From an uncultured Acidobacteriota bacterium (GTDB taxonomy: Bacteria; Acidobacteriota; Thermoanaerobaculia; Gp7-AA8): 64,000 bases of DNA. The DNA is taken from positions 1,472,001 to 1,536,000 of the forward strand of contig CAWGHO010000003.1 in NCBI GenBank assembly GCA_963822445.1, read 5' to 3'. The notes beneath the pieces are model-generated. The model was given only the letters and a program-made list of their open reading frames with translations. It was not told the origin of the DNA and did no database searches. This document shows, piece by piece, positions 19,402-29,371 of the stretch; positions within the stretch are counted from its first letter, which is position 1; each line of letters starts with the position of its first letter. The position numbers and the translations under genes were made by a program.

Positions 19402-21763
19402 CGGGCACCTCTGGTTCCGACCTTCGCCGCGCGACGCCGGCCACAGCGTCGATGAGAGCCTGCGGTGCGAACGGCTTCTTCACGTACTCATCGAAGCCTG
19501 CCGAAAGCGCCAACTGCTGTTGCAGCGGGCCGCCGTACGCCGTCAGGGCGATGGCGGGGATGCGGGACGAGTCGTCGTCGCGCGCACGGATCCGCCGCGC
19601 GAGCGAGTGACCGTCTTCGGAAGGCATGGCGATGTCACTGACCAGTACATCGAAGGTCTCGTTGGACAGCTGTTCCAGCGCCTGGGCGGCACTGGTCGCC
19701 GTGCTCACCGAAGCGCCCGCTCCTCGCAGGGTGATGGCGATCATCTTCAACACGTCCGGCTCGTCATCGACGACCAGGACCCGCAGTCCCGCGATCACGG
19801 TGCCTTTCGCGGGACTCGGCGCATCCGTAATTTCGGTGATCGTGGCCGGAGAGCTCGGTAACGCCTTCTCGCGGCCCCTGGCTGGGAGGGCAACCGTGAA
19901 GGTCGAGCCGCGGTTCTCCCCCTCGCTCTCGACGCGCACCGTGCCGCCGTGCATCTCCACGAGCTGCTTGACGATCGACAGGCCAAGACCGAGTCCGCCG
20001 TGCAGGCGTGTGCTCGTTCCTCCCTCCTGGCTGAGGCTCTGGAACACGCGCGGCAGGAAATCCCGGCCGATGCCCTTGCCGGTATCGCTCACCTCTACTT
20101 CAACGCGCGACTCGGTCGAGAAGAGCCGTATCCGGATGCTTCCTCCCTCCGGCGTGAACTTCACGGAGTTCGAGAGAAGGTTCCAGAAAACCTGCTGGAG
20201 CCGTGTGGCGTCGCCATAAACACGGGCGGCGTCGCGAGCGAACGACTTCTCGATGCGGATGCGTTTGTTTTCAGCGGCCGGCGTTATGGCGCGGATGGCC
20301 AGGAGCAGCGCGGCTCCCACGTCGACCATTTCGCTATTCAGTTCGAGCTTCCCCGTGAGCAGGCGCGAGACATCGAGCATGTCATCGATGAGCCGGGACT
20401 GCGCCCGCGCGGAGAATCGGATCGAGTCGAGGGCCTCCCGCTGCGTGTCGGCATCCAGCTCGCCTGTGACCAGAAGCTCGGACCAGCCCAGAATCGACGT
20501 GAGCGGCGTGCGAAGCTCGTGAGAGCTCGTGGCCAGAAACTCGTCCTTGGCACGGCTGAGGGTCTCGGATTCGCGGTATTGCCGGACCAGGTTCTCCTCG
20601 ACGCTCTTCCGATCGTCGATGTCCGTGCTCGAGCCCACCCAGATCACGATGTTTCCCTCGGCGTCGCGCATGGCCGAGGCGCGTGTCAGGTGCCAGCGAT
20701 ATACCCCATCGCTGCGACGGAGACGGCACTCGTGCTGGAACGTGTCACCGGTCTCGATCGAGTGGTTCCACCGCAGGGAATGTTCTGCCATCTCATCCGG
20801 GTGAGTGAAGGTCCACGTGCCCGAGGCGTAGATGTCCTCGGAATGCAGGCCGGTGAACGCCGTCAACTCGCGATTCACGTAGTCGATGGCTCCGCTCGGG
20901 GTGGCCGTGAAGATCATCAGCGGCATCGACTCGGCGAGGAAGCGAAAACGCTCCGTGCTGATTCGCGCCGCCTCCTCCGCCCATTTACGGTCCGTGATGT
21001 CGCGGATGTTGCACTGAATGACTTTCCTGTCGCCCACCATGTAGGAGTTGCTGACGAACTCCACTTCCACGGACTTGCCGTCCTTGGTCTCGAGAGGGAT
21101 GTCCTCGTAGCGGATGTAGCCCTTCTCCTGCAGTTCGGTCATCGCCGCCTGGCTCTCGGCCTTGTCGGCGAACACGCCGATCTCCCAGAGCTCCTTGCCG
21201 ATCAATTCGTCGAGGGAGTAGCCGAGGAGATTCATCAGGAAGGGATTGGCGTCGATGATCTTTCCCGTCGCTTCTTCGAGGATGAGAATCGCATCCTGCG
21301 CCGTCTCGAAGAGCCTTCGATACCGCGCTTCGGAAGCCTCGAGAGCGCGGCCTGCTTCTGCGCGCTCGGTGATGTCGCGGATGTTGCACTGAATGACCTT
21401 CCGGTCGCCCACCATGTAGGTGTTGCTGACGAACTCCACATCGATCCGCTTACCTTGCTTGGTTTCGAGCGGCATGTCCTCGTAGCGGATGTAGCCGTCC
21501 TTCTGCAGACGCTCCATGGCGGCCTTGCTCTCGTTCTTGTCGGAGAACAGGCCGATCTCCCAGAGCTCCTTGCCGATCAACTCGTCGAGGGAGTAGCCGA
21601 GCAGGTCGATCACGAACGGATTGGCGTCCATGATCTTTCCGGTGGTTCCCTCGGCATCGAGGATCAAAATGGCGTCCTGCGCGGTCTCGAATAGCCTGCG
21701 GTAACGCGCCTCGGACGCCTCTAACGCTGACTGTTCAGAGGCAGGGACATTCGTGGGGCTCAT
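19382..21763 (-). CDS. PAS-PAS-PAS hybrid sensor histidine kinase with receiver domain
   Basis: Three PAS domains, SHELRTPL, QVFWNLLSNSVKFT, DTGKGI, GLGLGLSI, receiver VVDDE..SDIAMP..KP. Confidence 0.95.
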   Translation of the reverse strand: MSPTNVPASEQSALEASEARYRRLFETAQDAILILDAEGTTGKIMDANPFVIDLLGYSLDELIGKELWEIGLFSDKNESKAAMERLQKDGYIRYEDMPLETKQGKRIDVEFVSNTYMVGDRKVIQCNIRDITERAEAGRALEASEARYRRLFETAQDAILILEEATGKIIDANPFLMNLLGYSLDELIGKELWEIGVFADKAESQAAMTELQEKGYIRYEDIPLETKDGKSVEVEFVSNSYMVGDRKVIQCNIRDITDRKWAEEAARISTERFRFLAESMPLMIFTATPSGAIDYVNRELTAFTGLHSEDIYASGTWTFTHPDEMAEHSLRWNHSIETGDTFQHECRLRRSDGVYRWHLTRASAMRDAEGNIVIWVGSSTDIDDRKSVEENLVRQYRESETLSRAKDEFLATSSHELRTPLTSILGWSELLVTGELDADTQREALDSIRFSARAQSRLIDDMLDVSRLLTGKLELNSEMVDVGAALLLAIRAITPAAENKRIRIEKSFARDAARVYGDATRLQQVFWNLLSNSVKFTPEGGSIRIRLFSTESRVEVEVSDTGKGIGRDFLPRVFQSLSQEGGTSTRLHGGLGLGLSIVKQLVEMHGGTVRVESEGENRGSTFTVALPARGREKALPSSPATITEITDAPSPAKGTVIAGLRVLVVDDEPDVLKMIAITLRGAGASVSTATSAAQALEQLSNETFDVLVSDIAMPSEDGHSLARRIRARDDDSSRIPAIALTAYGGPLQQQLALSAGFDEYVKKPFAPQALIDAVAGVARRRSEPEVPATPAGS

Positions 21764-21790
21764 GTAAACGATGCAACTCGATGGCCAGAC

Positions 21791-23005
21791 TCATCGAATC
21801 AGCATCGTCGCCAGTCCGAGAAACAGGCCCATGCTCGCGACGTCGGTTGCCGTCGTCAGGAAGATGCTCGACGCGGTTGCCGGATCGGCGCCCAGGCGGC
21901 GGAGCGTGAGCGGAATCAGCGCGCCGGAGATGCCGCTGACCACGCAGCTGCCGATCATCGCGAAGAACACGATGATCGCGAGCGTCGGCGCCGACGGGTG
22001 CGACTGCGCGCGCGCTGCGAAGTACATCCCCAGCGCCGCGGTCACGCCGACCATCGCGCCGTTGAGCAATCCGAGGAGTGCTTCCTTCATGACCAGCGCT
22101 CGCTCGCGGCCGGGTTGGAGCTCACCGAGCGTCATGCCGCGCAAGGCAACAGCCAGCGCCTGACATCCGGTGTTGCCCGATTGCCCGGCGAGCACCGGCA
22201 GGAAAGCCGCGAGAATCACGATCCGGTCGATCGTGCCCTGGAACAGACCAACGACCGCCGCGGCGATGAACGCCGTCAGCAGGTTGAGCTGCAGCCAGGG
22301 ATGGCGGAAGCGAAGACTGCGCAGCCACGGCGTGGTCAGGCGCTCTTCCTTGTCGACACCGACCATCCGTCCGGCCTGCGCGCTGATCTCGTAAGCCTGC
22401 TCTTCGAACATGGCCTGACCGCGGACCTGGCCGATGAGCGTTCGATCGGCTTCGCACACCGGATACACGGGAAAGTGGCGCCGCACGACCTGTCGCATGG
22501 CTTCCGGCAGTTCCGTCTCCGGCACCAGGAAGAAGGGATCGCGCAGCATCACGTCCTCGAGCCGCCCCTCGCGCGGGGAGAGGAGCAGGTCGCGCATGGT
22601 GATGACGCCCTGCAGACGGCCGGCGTCATCGACGACGAATCCATACGTGACGAATGAGGTCTTGGCCAGCTCGCGAACCGCGTCGATCGTATCGGCGATG
22701 GTCTGTTCGCGCGCGAACACCGCCGTGGCAGGCTCCATCAACCGGCCGATGGTGTCCTCGGGATAGCGGTCGTTGCGCAGCCACTGCGCGCGCTGCTGCG
22801 GCGCAACCGCGGCCATGACGGCACGGCGATGCTCCGTCGGTAAGTCGTCGAGGATGTCCTGCGCCAGCGCGGGGTTGAGCGACTGCAACACGGCCGCGAC
22901 GGCCTCGGGGCGGACGGTCCGAAGGAGGATCGCTGCATCGAGCGGACTGCGGCGCTGCACTTCGGCGGCGAGCGTGTCGGACGTAAGCCGTTGTGTTTCG
23001 TTCAC
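21791..23005 (-). CDS. mgtE: Magnesium transporter MgtE
   Basis: YPEDTIGRLM, CBS pair, GQSGNTGCQ, DPATASSIFLTTATDV. Confidence 0.92.
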   Translation of the reverse strand: MNETQRLTSDTLAAEVQRRSPLDAAILLRTVRPEAVAAVLQSLNPALAQDILDDLPTEHRRAVMAAVAPQQRAQWLRNDRYPEDTIGRLMEPATAVFAREQTIADTIDAVRELAKTSFVTYGFVVDDAGRLQGVITMRDLLLSPREGRLEDVMLRDPFFLVPETELPEAMRQVVRRHFPVYPVCEADRTLIGQVRGQAMFEEQAYEISAQAGRMVGVDKEERLTTPWLRSLRFRHPWLQLNLLTAFIAAAVVGLFQGTIDRIVILAAFLPVLAGQSGNTGCQALAVALRGMTLGELQPGRERALVMKEALLGLLNGAMVGVTAALGMYFAARAQSHPSAPTLAIIVFFAMIGSCVVSGISGALIPLTLRRLGADPATASSIFLTTATDVASMGLFLGLATMLIR

Positions 23006-23130
23006 AGTGGGGACAGTTTAAGGGAACGGAGCGGACTGCACTCATTCCTGTGCATGTCTCCCTGTGCTAAACTGATCGACCCTGCAGTTATTGAGGTAGT
23101 CCAAACGCAGTCGGGGCGGGGCCACGGCAC

Positions 23131-24195
23131 ATGATCGAGATCCAAATCCATCCGAGCGACATTCGCCGGCGTGTGCGGTACTTTTTCTTCGACCGCCGCC
23201 GGGTCGTGCTTGGCATTGTCGGGCTGTCCGTCCTCCTGGTCGGCCTGATCGGATCGATGGCCGCCGCTCCCACGGTCATCCGCCGGGTCTACAAAACCAA
23301 CTTCCTCAACGAGCAGCGTGAAGAACGCGGCATCCAGCGCGAGCGGCTGCGCGAGAACGTCGTTCAGATGACCTCCCTCGAGCGGAGCCTCGACGAGCAG
23401 CGCATCCGCGTCGAGAAGCTGATCACCGTCTACGGCCTCGAGCGAACCCTCGGCCAGGGCGGATTCTCGACGCCGAATCGCACAGCCGCCGATGAGCCGC
23501 TGACCGACGCCCGCCTCCGCGAGATCTCGCTCATGACCTCGATGCGCCGCCTGCAGGAGCAGCTCGACCTGCTCGCGCAGTACGAAGCGGCGAACGCGGA
23601 GATCGTCCGGCACACGCCGTCGGTCCTGCCGCTGCCGCCCGATCAATTCGTGCTGACGTCGCCGTTCGGCAACCGCGTCTCGCCGTTCACGCGCACGGCG
23701 GACTTCCACAAAGGCCTCGATCTTTCCGCGCCGGTCGGAACGCCGATCTACGCGACCGCGGACGGCGTGGTCACCTTCGCCGGCCGCTATCCGATCTCGC
23801 ACAGCGTGAACTGGTGGCGCTTCGGCAACGTCGTCACCATCAAACACGCCGACCGGTTCATCACCATCTACGCACATTGCGACGCGGTTCGGGTCAAAGC
23901 CGGACAGACGGTGAAGCAGGGCGAAGTCGTGGCCACCGTCGGCAACACCGGCTGGAGCACCAACGCGCATCTGCACTACGAGGTCCGCAGCGACATGGAG
24001 CAGCCCGGCGTCTACGCTCCGATCGATCCGCGGATCTACATCCTCAATTACCAGTGGCCGAATGAAGCAGTCCTTCTCATGCGCGCGCGCACGACGAAGG
24101 ACTACCGCAACTTCGATCCGCTGCCTTCGGCATTCGTCGGCTTCGGGAGTGGGGCGGGAGGGAAGAAGGGCGTGAGTGGGAAGAGGAGGTCGTGA
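23131..24195 (+). CDS. M23 family metallopeptidase (TM + coiled coil + LytM)
   Basis: TSPFGNR.SPF, HKGLD, YAHC, GNTGWSTNAHLHYEV. Confidence 0.93.
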   Translation: MIEIQIHPSDIRRRVRYFFFDRRRVVLGIVGLSVLLVGLIGSMAAAPTVIRRVYKTNFLNEQREERGIQRERLRENVVQMTSLERSLDEQRIRVEKLITVYGLERTLGQGGFSTPNRTAADEPLTDARLREISLMTSMRRLQEQLDLLAQYEAANAEIVRHTPSVLPLPPDQFVLTSPFGNRVSPFTRTADFHKGLDLSAPVGTPIYATADGVVTFAGRYPISHSVNWWRFGNVVTIKHADRFITIYAHCDAVRVKAGQTVKQGEVVATVGNTGWSTNAHLHYEVRSDMEQPGVYAPIDPRIYILNYQWPNEAVLLMRARTTKDYRNFDPLPSAFVGFGSGAGGKKGVSGKRRS

Positions 24196-24950
24196 TGAGT
24201 ACAGCCGCCGATCAAGCCAATTTTCCAACGATGATCATTCCCCGCGGAACGGAGATCCGCGTCAATACCCACGGACAGCTTTCGATCAAAACCCCCGGTA
24301 ATCTCGTGATCCAGAACTCCGGCGTTTACTCGGAGATCGAGTCGACCAACGGCTCGATCCGCATCGAGGAGAACGTCACCGTCGAAGCGGTGAGCATCCG
24401 CGCCGGCCAGGCCTGCTTCATTCAGGGCACGCTCACCGCGTGGAAGGTCCACGCGAAGCGCATCACCCTTGAGGACCGCGCCCGCGCGTTCATCATGTTG
24501 CAGGAGTCCGAGGTCCTCGAGCTCTCGAAAACGGCACGTCTGGTGGGCAACTTCGCGAACGAGAAAGAGCTCTTCTTCATGATGGGCAAGTTCAGCCCGC
24601 AGCTGAAGGAGCTTCCTGGCGCCGTGGAAATGGCGCCGCAGCGCGAGATCGTCGAGGGACCGAAGCCGACCACGATGAAGATTCCCGCGATCCAGACGCC
24701 GGCCGCGGGCGCGACCGACGACGAGCTGCGATCGGCACAGTCGATTCTCGAGCGCGAGCTCGCTCGCCCCGACCTCGGCGCGCGCGAAGGCGAGGCCCTG
24801 CGCGAAGTGCTCTACGGCCTCCGCGAGCGCAACCCGTCCCGCGTGGCACTGGTGTGGCGCGATGCCTTCGCCGAAGTGCGCACGCCGACCGAGGGGTTGC
24901 GGCAGGCTCACGATCACCTCGAGCGATATTTCGGGCGGCCGGCAACCTGA
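24192..24950 (+). CDS. Hypothetical protein with bactofilin-like N-terminal beta-helix and helical C-terminus
   Basis: IIPRGTEI..G.L..GNLVI..G.I.IEENVTVEAVSIRA..FIQGTL..A.RITL..A...LELSKTARLVGN; coupled to the M23 gene. Confidence 0.6.
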   Translation: MMSTAADQANFPTMIIPRGTEIRVNTHGQLSIKTPGNLVIQNSGVYSEIESTNGSIRIEENVTVEAVSIRAGQACFIQGTLTAWKVHAKRITLEDRARAFIMLQESEVLELSKTARLVGNFANEKELFFMMGKFSPQLKELPGAVEMAPQREIVEGPKPTTMKIPAIQTPAAGATDDELRSAQSILERELARPDLGAREGEALREVLYGLRERNPSRVALVWRDAFAEVRTPTEGLRQAHDHLERYFGRPAT

Positions 24951-25015
24951 AAGTTTATCCCGCGCGCAGACGCGGGATCTCCCGGTTACACCGCGTGGAC
25001 CGAAGCGATTGACCA

Positions 25016-26578
25016 TTGCCGCAGCACCCTCCGACTTCCCCGGCTCGCGAATCTTCCGTCAGTGCACGGAGAGATCCCGCGTCTTCGCGCGGGATAAACT
25101 CTGTGCGGCCCGCCTGGCTGATCATCCTCTCCTTCGCCGCGGTGAAATTCGCGCTGAATCTCTACGCGAGCGGCTACTACAACTACTTCCGCGATGAGCT
25201 GTACTTCATCGCCTGCGGCCGTCATCTCGACTGGGGTTACGTCGATCATCCGCCGCTGGTCGCCTTGTACGCGCGCCTCGGCGAGATGCTCGGACCGTCG
25301 CTGCGCGGCTTCCGGCTGATCTCGACGATCTCCGGCACGCTGCGGATCATCCTCACCGGCGTGATCGCCGCGCGCCTCGGCGGCGGCCGCGCCGCTCAGG
25401 CGCTCGCGTTCACGGCGGTGCTCCTCGCGCCGATGTATCTGGCCGTGGACACGATCATGACCATGAACACGGTCGAGCATCTGTTCTGGCTCGGCTGCCT
25501 TCTGATCGTCATCGAGATCGCCAACGGCGCTTCCGAAAAATGGTGGCTCGCTTTCGGTGCATTGGCCGGTCTCGGACTGCAGAACAAACACTCCATGGTC
25601 TTCCTCGGCGCAGCGATCGTTGCGGCGATGATCCTCACGCCTCTGCGACGGTCGTTGTTGCGGCCATGGATCTGGATCGGCGGTGTGATCGCGGCGCTGA
25701 TTTTCCTGCCAAACGTGATCTGGGAGATTCGCCACGACTGGGCGACGCTCGAGCTGCTGCGAAACGTGAAGAACACCGGCAAGAACGTCGTGCTCGCGCC
25801 GATTCCGTTCGTGATCCAGCAGGCGATGATGCTCAACCCGTTCACCGCGCCGCTCTGGATCGCTGGATTGATCTGGCTGTTCACGCGCCGCGAGTATCGC
25901 TTCCTCGCCTGGACTTACGTCATCTTGTTGGTTCTCTTCATCAGGCTCGAAGCGAAGGATTACTACCTCGCTCCGATCTATCCCGCGCTTTTCGCGGCAG
26001 GGGCGGTGGTCGTGACGAAGAAGAGAGTCGCGGCGATCGCTGTCGGCGCATTGATCGTCATCGGCTGCCTCATCTCCGCGCCGCTCGCCCTGCCGATTCT
26101 CCCGCCGGAGAAGTACCTCGCGTATCAGCGAGCGCTCGGCGTCAAGCCGTCGCAGACCGAGGTGTCGCACACGGCGGAGATGCCGCAGATCTTCGCCGAC
26201 CAATTCGGATGGGAAGAAATGGTGCGGAGGGTCGCGCGTTACTACCACTCGCTGCCGGCGGAGGAGCGGAAGAAGACCGCGATTTACACGAACAACTACG
26301 GCCAGGCGGGCGCGATCGATTTCTACGGACCGAAGTACGGATTGCCGAACGCCATCAGCGGCCACCAGAACTACTTCCTCTGGGGCCCGCGCGGCTACAC
26401 CGGTGAGTCGGTGATCCTCATCGAGCCCGACAGCGACGCGCCGTGGGAGTCACTGCGCCAGGTCGACCGCCGCCATCACCCGTACGCGATCCCCGGCGAG
26501 AACGGACCGATCTGGCATGGGCGCGGGTTGAAGGTGCCGATCGAGCAGGCCTGGCCGAGCGTGAAGCACTGGCGGTGA
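25016..26578 (+). CDS. GT39/ArnT-like membrane glycosyltransferase
   Basis: FRDELYFIACGRHLDWGYVDHPPL, multi-TM, KDYYLAPIYP, NYGQAGAID; real start may be GTG 25103. Confidence 0.88.
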   Translation: MPQHPPTSPARESSVSARRDPASSRGINSVRPAWLIILSFAAVKFALNLYASGYYNYFRDELYFIACGRHLDWGYVDHPPLVALYARLGEMLGPSLRGFRLISTISGTLRIILTGVIAARLGGGRAAQALAFTAVLLAPMYLAVDTIMTMNTVEHLFWLGCLLIVIEIANGASEKWWLAFGALAGLGLQNKHSMVFLGAAIVAAMILTPLRRSLLRPWIWIGGVIAALIFLPNVIWEIRHDWATLELLRNVKNTGKNVVLAPIPFVIQQAMMLNPFTAPLWIAGLIWLFTRREYRFLAWTYVILLVLFIRLEAKDYYLAPIYPALFAAGAVVVTKKRVAAIAVGALIVIGCLISAPLALPILPPEKYLAYQRALGVKPSQTEVSHTAEMPQIFADQFGWEEMVRRVARYYHSLPAEERKKTAIYTNNYGQAGAIDFYGPKYGLPNAISGHQNYFLWGPRGYTGESVILIEPDSDAPWESLRQVDRRHHPYAIPGENGPIWHGRGLKVPIEQAWPSVKHWR

Positions 26579-26582
26579 GTGT

Positions 26583-28688
26583 TCATCGCGCGCCGTACTT
26601 CGCCGCCCGATCCAACATCCCCGCCGCCCGGAAGTGATGCGCGACGAGCTCCCGGTCCGCACCAGCGAGACCCTCCAGCGCCAGCGCCAGCACGGCGTGC
26701 ATGTCCCGCAGCTCATCTTCGGAAAGCAGCGCGACTGCCGCGCGGGCGATGCGCTCGTGATACGTCTCGACGGCCTCACCGGCGGCCGTTTCGCGCGTGC
26801 AGATCAAGTGCTGTGCGGCGAGCGTCGACAGTGTGTCGTCGAAATCCTCCCGCCGATAGACGAGGCGAAGCGCGGGCATGAGGATCGGCCTCCCGTTGAC
26901 GGCCACGTACTGCAGCATTCGCGCGGCACCCGACTCCAGACGGCGCAGTCGGGCCTGCAAGACTTCCTGGATGATCGCGTCGGCCGCGGCTTGCCGGATC
27001 GTGTCGCCGGCCAGTGCGAACGAGCGGGCCAGCTCCTCGATGAACAGCGGATTGCCGCCCGACGCCTCGGCGATCATGTTCGCCACTTCGCGCGAGTCGG
27101 CGATGGAGTCTCCGAGGAGGCGTTCGGCGAGCTGTCGCGAATCGTCCGGGGTGAGCTCGGCGACTTCGATGTCGCGAACCGGTATCGCCGCGCGGAACGC
27201 ACGGACGAATGCGCTGCTCTGCGCCTCGTCGGAGCGGTACGCGGCGATGAACAGCAGCGCCGGTGCGTCAGGCGGGCGGAGGATGTCCGCGAGCAACTCC
27301 GCGCTGTCGGCGCCGGCCCAGTGGAGATCGTCGATCACGAGGACCAGCGGAACGCGATCGGAAAGGCGGAGAAAGAGCTCGCGAAGGGCGGCAAACGCAC
27401 GGCGACGGACTTCGAGCTGGTCCGGGACGACAGTCGGGCCTCCGCGGCGTCGCGAACGAACGACGTCGGCCACCTCGGAGAGGACCGGGAAGAGCTGCTC
27501 CGCGGCGCTGATGTCACGCGGCAGAAGAGCGTCGAGCTCGTGAGGCTGCAGACGCCACAGGTAGCGCTGCAGAGCGTCGACGAGACTGTCGACGCCTTTG
27601 TACGGCACCGACTCGCGCTGGTAGCAGCGGCCGGTGAGCACGACGACCTCGGGGATCTCATCGCGGAGCCGATCGACAAACGCGCGGATCAGCACCGTTT
27701 TGCCGGCGCCCGCGAGGCCGTCCACGCAGACCGTCGTCTGCGTGCCGTTGATGCTCGCGTCGAAAGCTTCGCGCAGCTCGCGCAAGTGTCGATCGCGCCC
27801 GATGAACGGCGTCGATGGTGAGAGCTTCGTCGTTCCGGCCTGCTGCGAGCGTCCCAGCCGCTGCAGGATCTCTTCGCCGGTTGGCCGTTCCCGCGGATCG
27901 CGACGCAGCAGATCCCTGCACAACGCATCGATGTCCTCGGGAATCCCCGACGCGATCGTGCTCGGCGGCGGTACGTCGGCGGAACGCTTCTGATTGATCA
28001 CGTCGACGTAGGTCCCGCCGCTGAAGGGCACCTGGCCGGTGAGCGTGTCGTAGAGCATGATCCCGACGCTGTACCAGTCGCTGGCCGGGCCGAGGGGATC
28101 GCCGCCGCCCTGCTCCGGCGACATGTATGCGGGCGTGCCCGACGTGCTCGTGCTCTTCTCGCCGGCGCGCGTGTCGGTGTCCATCACCAGGCCGAAGTCG
28201 AGGAGCACGACTCGCCGGTCATCGGCGACGAGGACATTCGACGGTTTGATGTCGCGATGAAGCTTGCCGGCGTCGTGGAGCGCGATCACGCCCGCGGCCA
28301 GCTGCCCGAGCGCCACGCGTAGTCTGCCGATGTCCGCGCGCATCGGCGGGAGCTGTGAGCCGCTCGATTCAGCGGGAAGGGGAGCTTCTCTCGTGACGTG
28401 CTCGATGAAGGTCGTGCCGCGAATGAGCTCCATCGATACGAGCCACTGGTCGCCCTCGGCGATGAGCTCGTACAGCCGCACGAGATTGCGATGGGTGATC
28501 TCGGCGAGCGAGCGGAACTCGCGCTTGAATCGATAAAGCGCCTCCGGCATGGCGGTGCGAAGCGCCTTGAGGGCCACGACCTGATTGCGGACCGGGTCGA
28601 AGGCCTCGTAGACCACACCGAATGCGCCGGAGCCGATTCGCCTCCGCACTCGGAAACGATTGCTGTTGATGGACTCGCCGGCAGGCAT
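26583..28688 (-). CDS. Ser/Thr protein kinase fused to an AAA/NB-type ATPase
   Basis: IGSGAFG, VALK, HRDIKPSN, DFG, GTPAYMSPE; FIGR, GLAGAGKT, LVIDDLHWA, SGGNPLFIEEL. Confidence 0.92.
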   Translation of the reverse strand: MPAGESINSNRFRVRRRIGSGAFGVVYEAFDPVRNQVVALKALRTAMPEALYRFKREFRSLAEITHRNLVRLYELIAEGDQWLVSMELIRGTTFIEHVTREAPLPAESSGSQLPPMRADIGRLRVALGQLAAGVIALHDAGKLHRDIKPSNVLVADDRRVVLLDFGLVMDTDTRAGEKSTSTSGTPAYMSPEQGGGDPLGPASDWYSVGIMLYDTLTGQVPFSGGTYVDVINQKRSADVPPPSTIASGIPEDIDALCRDLLRRDPRERPTGEEILQRLGRSQQAGTTKLSPSTPFIGRDRHLRELREAFDASINGTQTTVCVDGLAGAGKTVLIRAFVDRLRDEIPEVVVLTGRCYQRESVPYKGVDSLVDALQRYLWRLQPHELDALLPRDISAAEQLFPVLSEVADVVRSRRRGGPTVVPDQLEVRRRAFAALRELFLRLSDRVPLVLVIDDLHWAGADSAELLADILRPPDAPALLFIAAYRSDEAQSSAFVRAFRAAIPVRDIEVAELTPDDSRQLAERLLGDSIADSREVANMIAEASGGNPLFIEELARSFALAGDTIRQAAADAIIQEVLQARLRRLESGAARMLQYVAVNGRPILMPALRLVYRREDFDDTLSTLAAQHLICTRETAAGEAVETYHERIARAAVALLSEDELRDMHAVLALALEGLAGADRELVAHHFRAAGMLDRAAKYGAR

Positions 28689-28738
28689 GGAACCGTCAGG
28701 ATGATAAACGGTTCGCCGGATCGGCCGTCCAATCCGGC

Positions 28739-29371
28739 ATGTCCGATCTCGCGAGGGAACATCGCCATATCCGATGCAGGACGGGCAACGGCGCGTCGGC
28801 CGGGGAGATCACTCGGGAGCTCGAGGGCCTTCGCGGTGGATCGGCCGGAAGCCTCGACCGGGTCGTGTCCCTGCTTTACGACGAGCTCCGCTCGCTTGCG
28901 CGGCAGCGGCTGCGCGGCGAGCGGACCGGCCACACGCTCGACACCACGTCACTGGTTCACGAGGTCTATTTGCGGCTCTTCCGGCAACAGACGATCGACG
29001 TGGCAACGCGCGGCGACTTCTTCGCCGTGGCGTCGAACACGATGCGCCGCGTTCTCGTCGACTACGCGCGCACGCGGCACCGGCAGAAGCGCGGCGGCGG
29101 TCTGCAGGTAGTTCCGCTGGAGGACGTGGAGCCATTCCTGAGCGATCGCGCGGCCGAGGAGGTCCTCGGAATCGACGAAGCTCTGGAGCGGCTCCGCGCG
29201 CTGCAGCCGCGCGCGATGAAGGTCGTGGAGATGCATTTTTTCGGCGGTCTGACGTTGCTCGAGATCGCCGGCCTCCTCGAACTCTCGGAAAAGACGGTGC
29301 AGCGCGACTGGCAGGCCGCGCGGGCGTGGCTGCGGAAAGAGGTCCGCGCGGATGTGGGACGAGATCGCTGA
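28739..29371 (+). CDS. ECF sigma factor, TIGR02999-like (kinase-associated)
   Basis: LLYDELRSLA..L.GER.GHTL.TTSLVHEVYLRL, MRRVLVDYAR...KRGGG, TVQRDW..ARAWL; start uncertain. Confidence 0.9.
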   Translation: MSDLAREHRHIRCRTGNGASAGEITRELEGLRGGSAGSLDRVVSLLYDELRSLARQRLRGERTGHTLDTTSLVHEVYLRLFRQQTIDVATRGDFFAVASNTMRRVLVDYARTRHRQKRGGGLQVVPLEDVEPFLSDRAAEEVLGIDEALERLRALQPRAMKVVEMHFFGGLTLLEIAGLLELSEKTVQRDWQAARAWLRKEVRADVGRDR

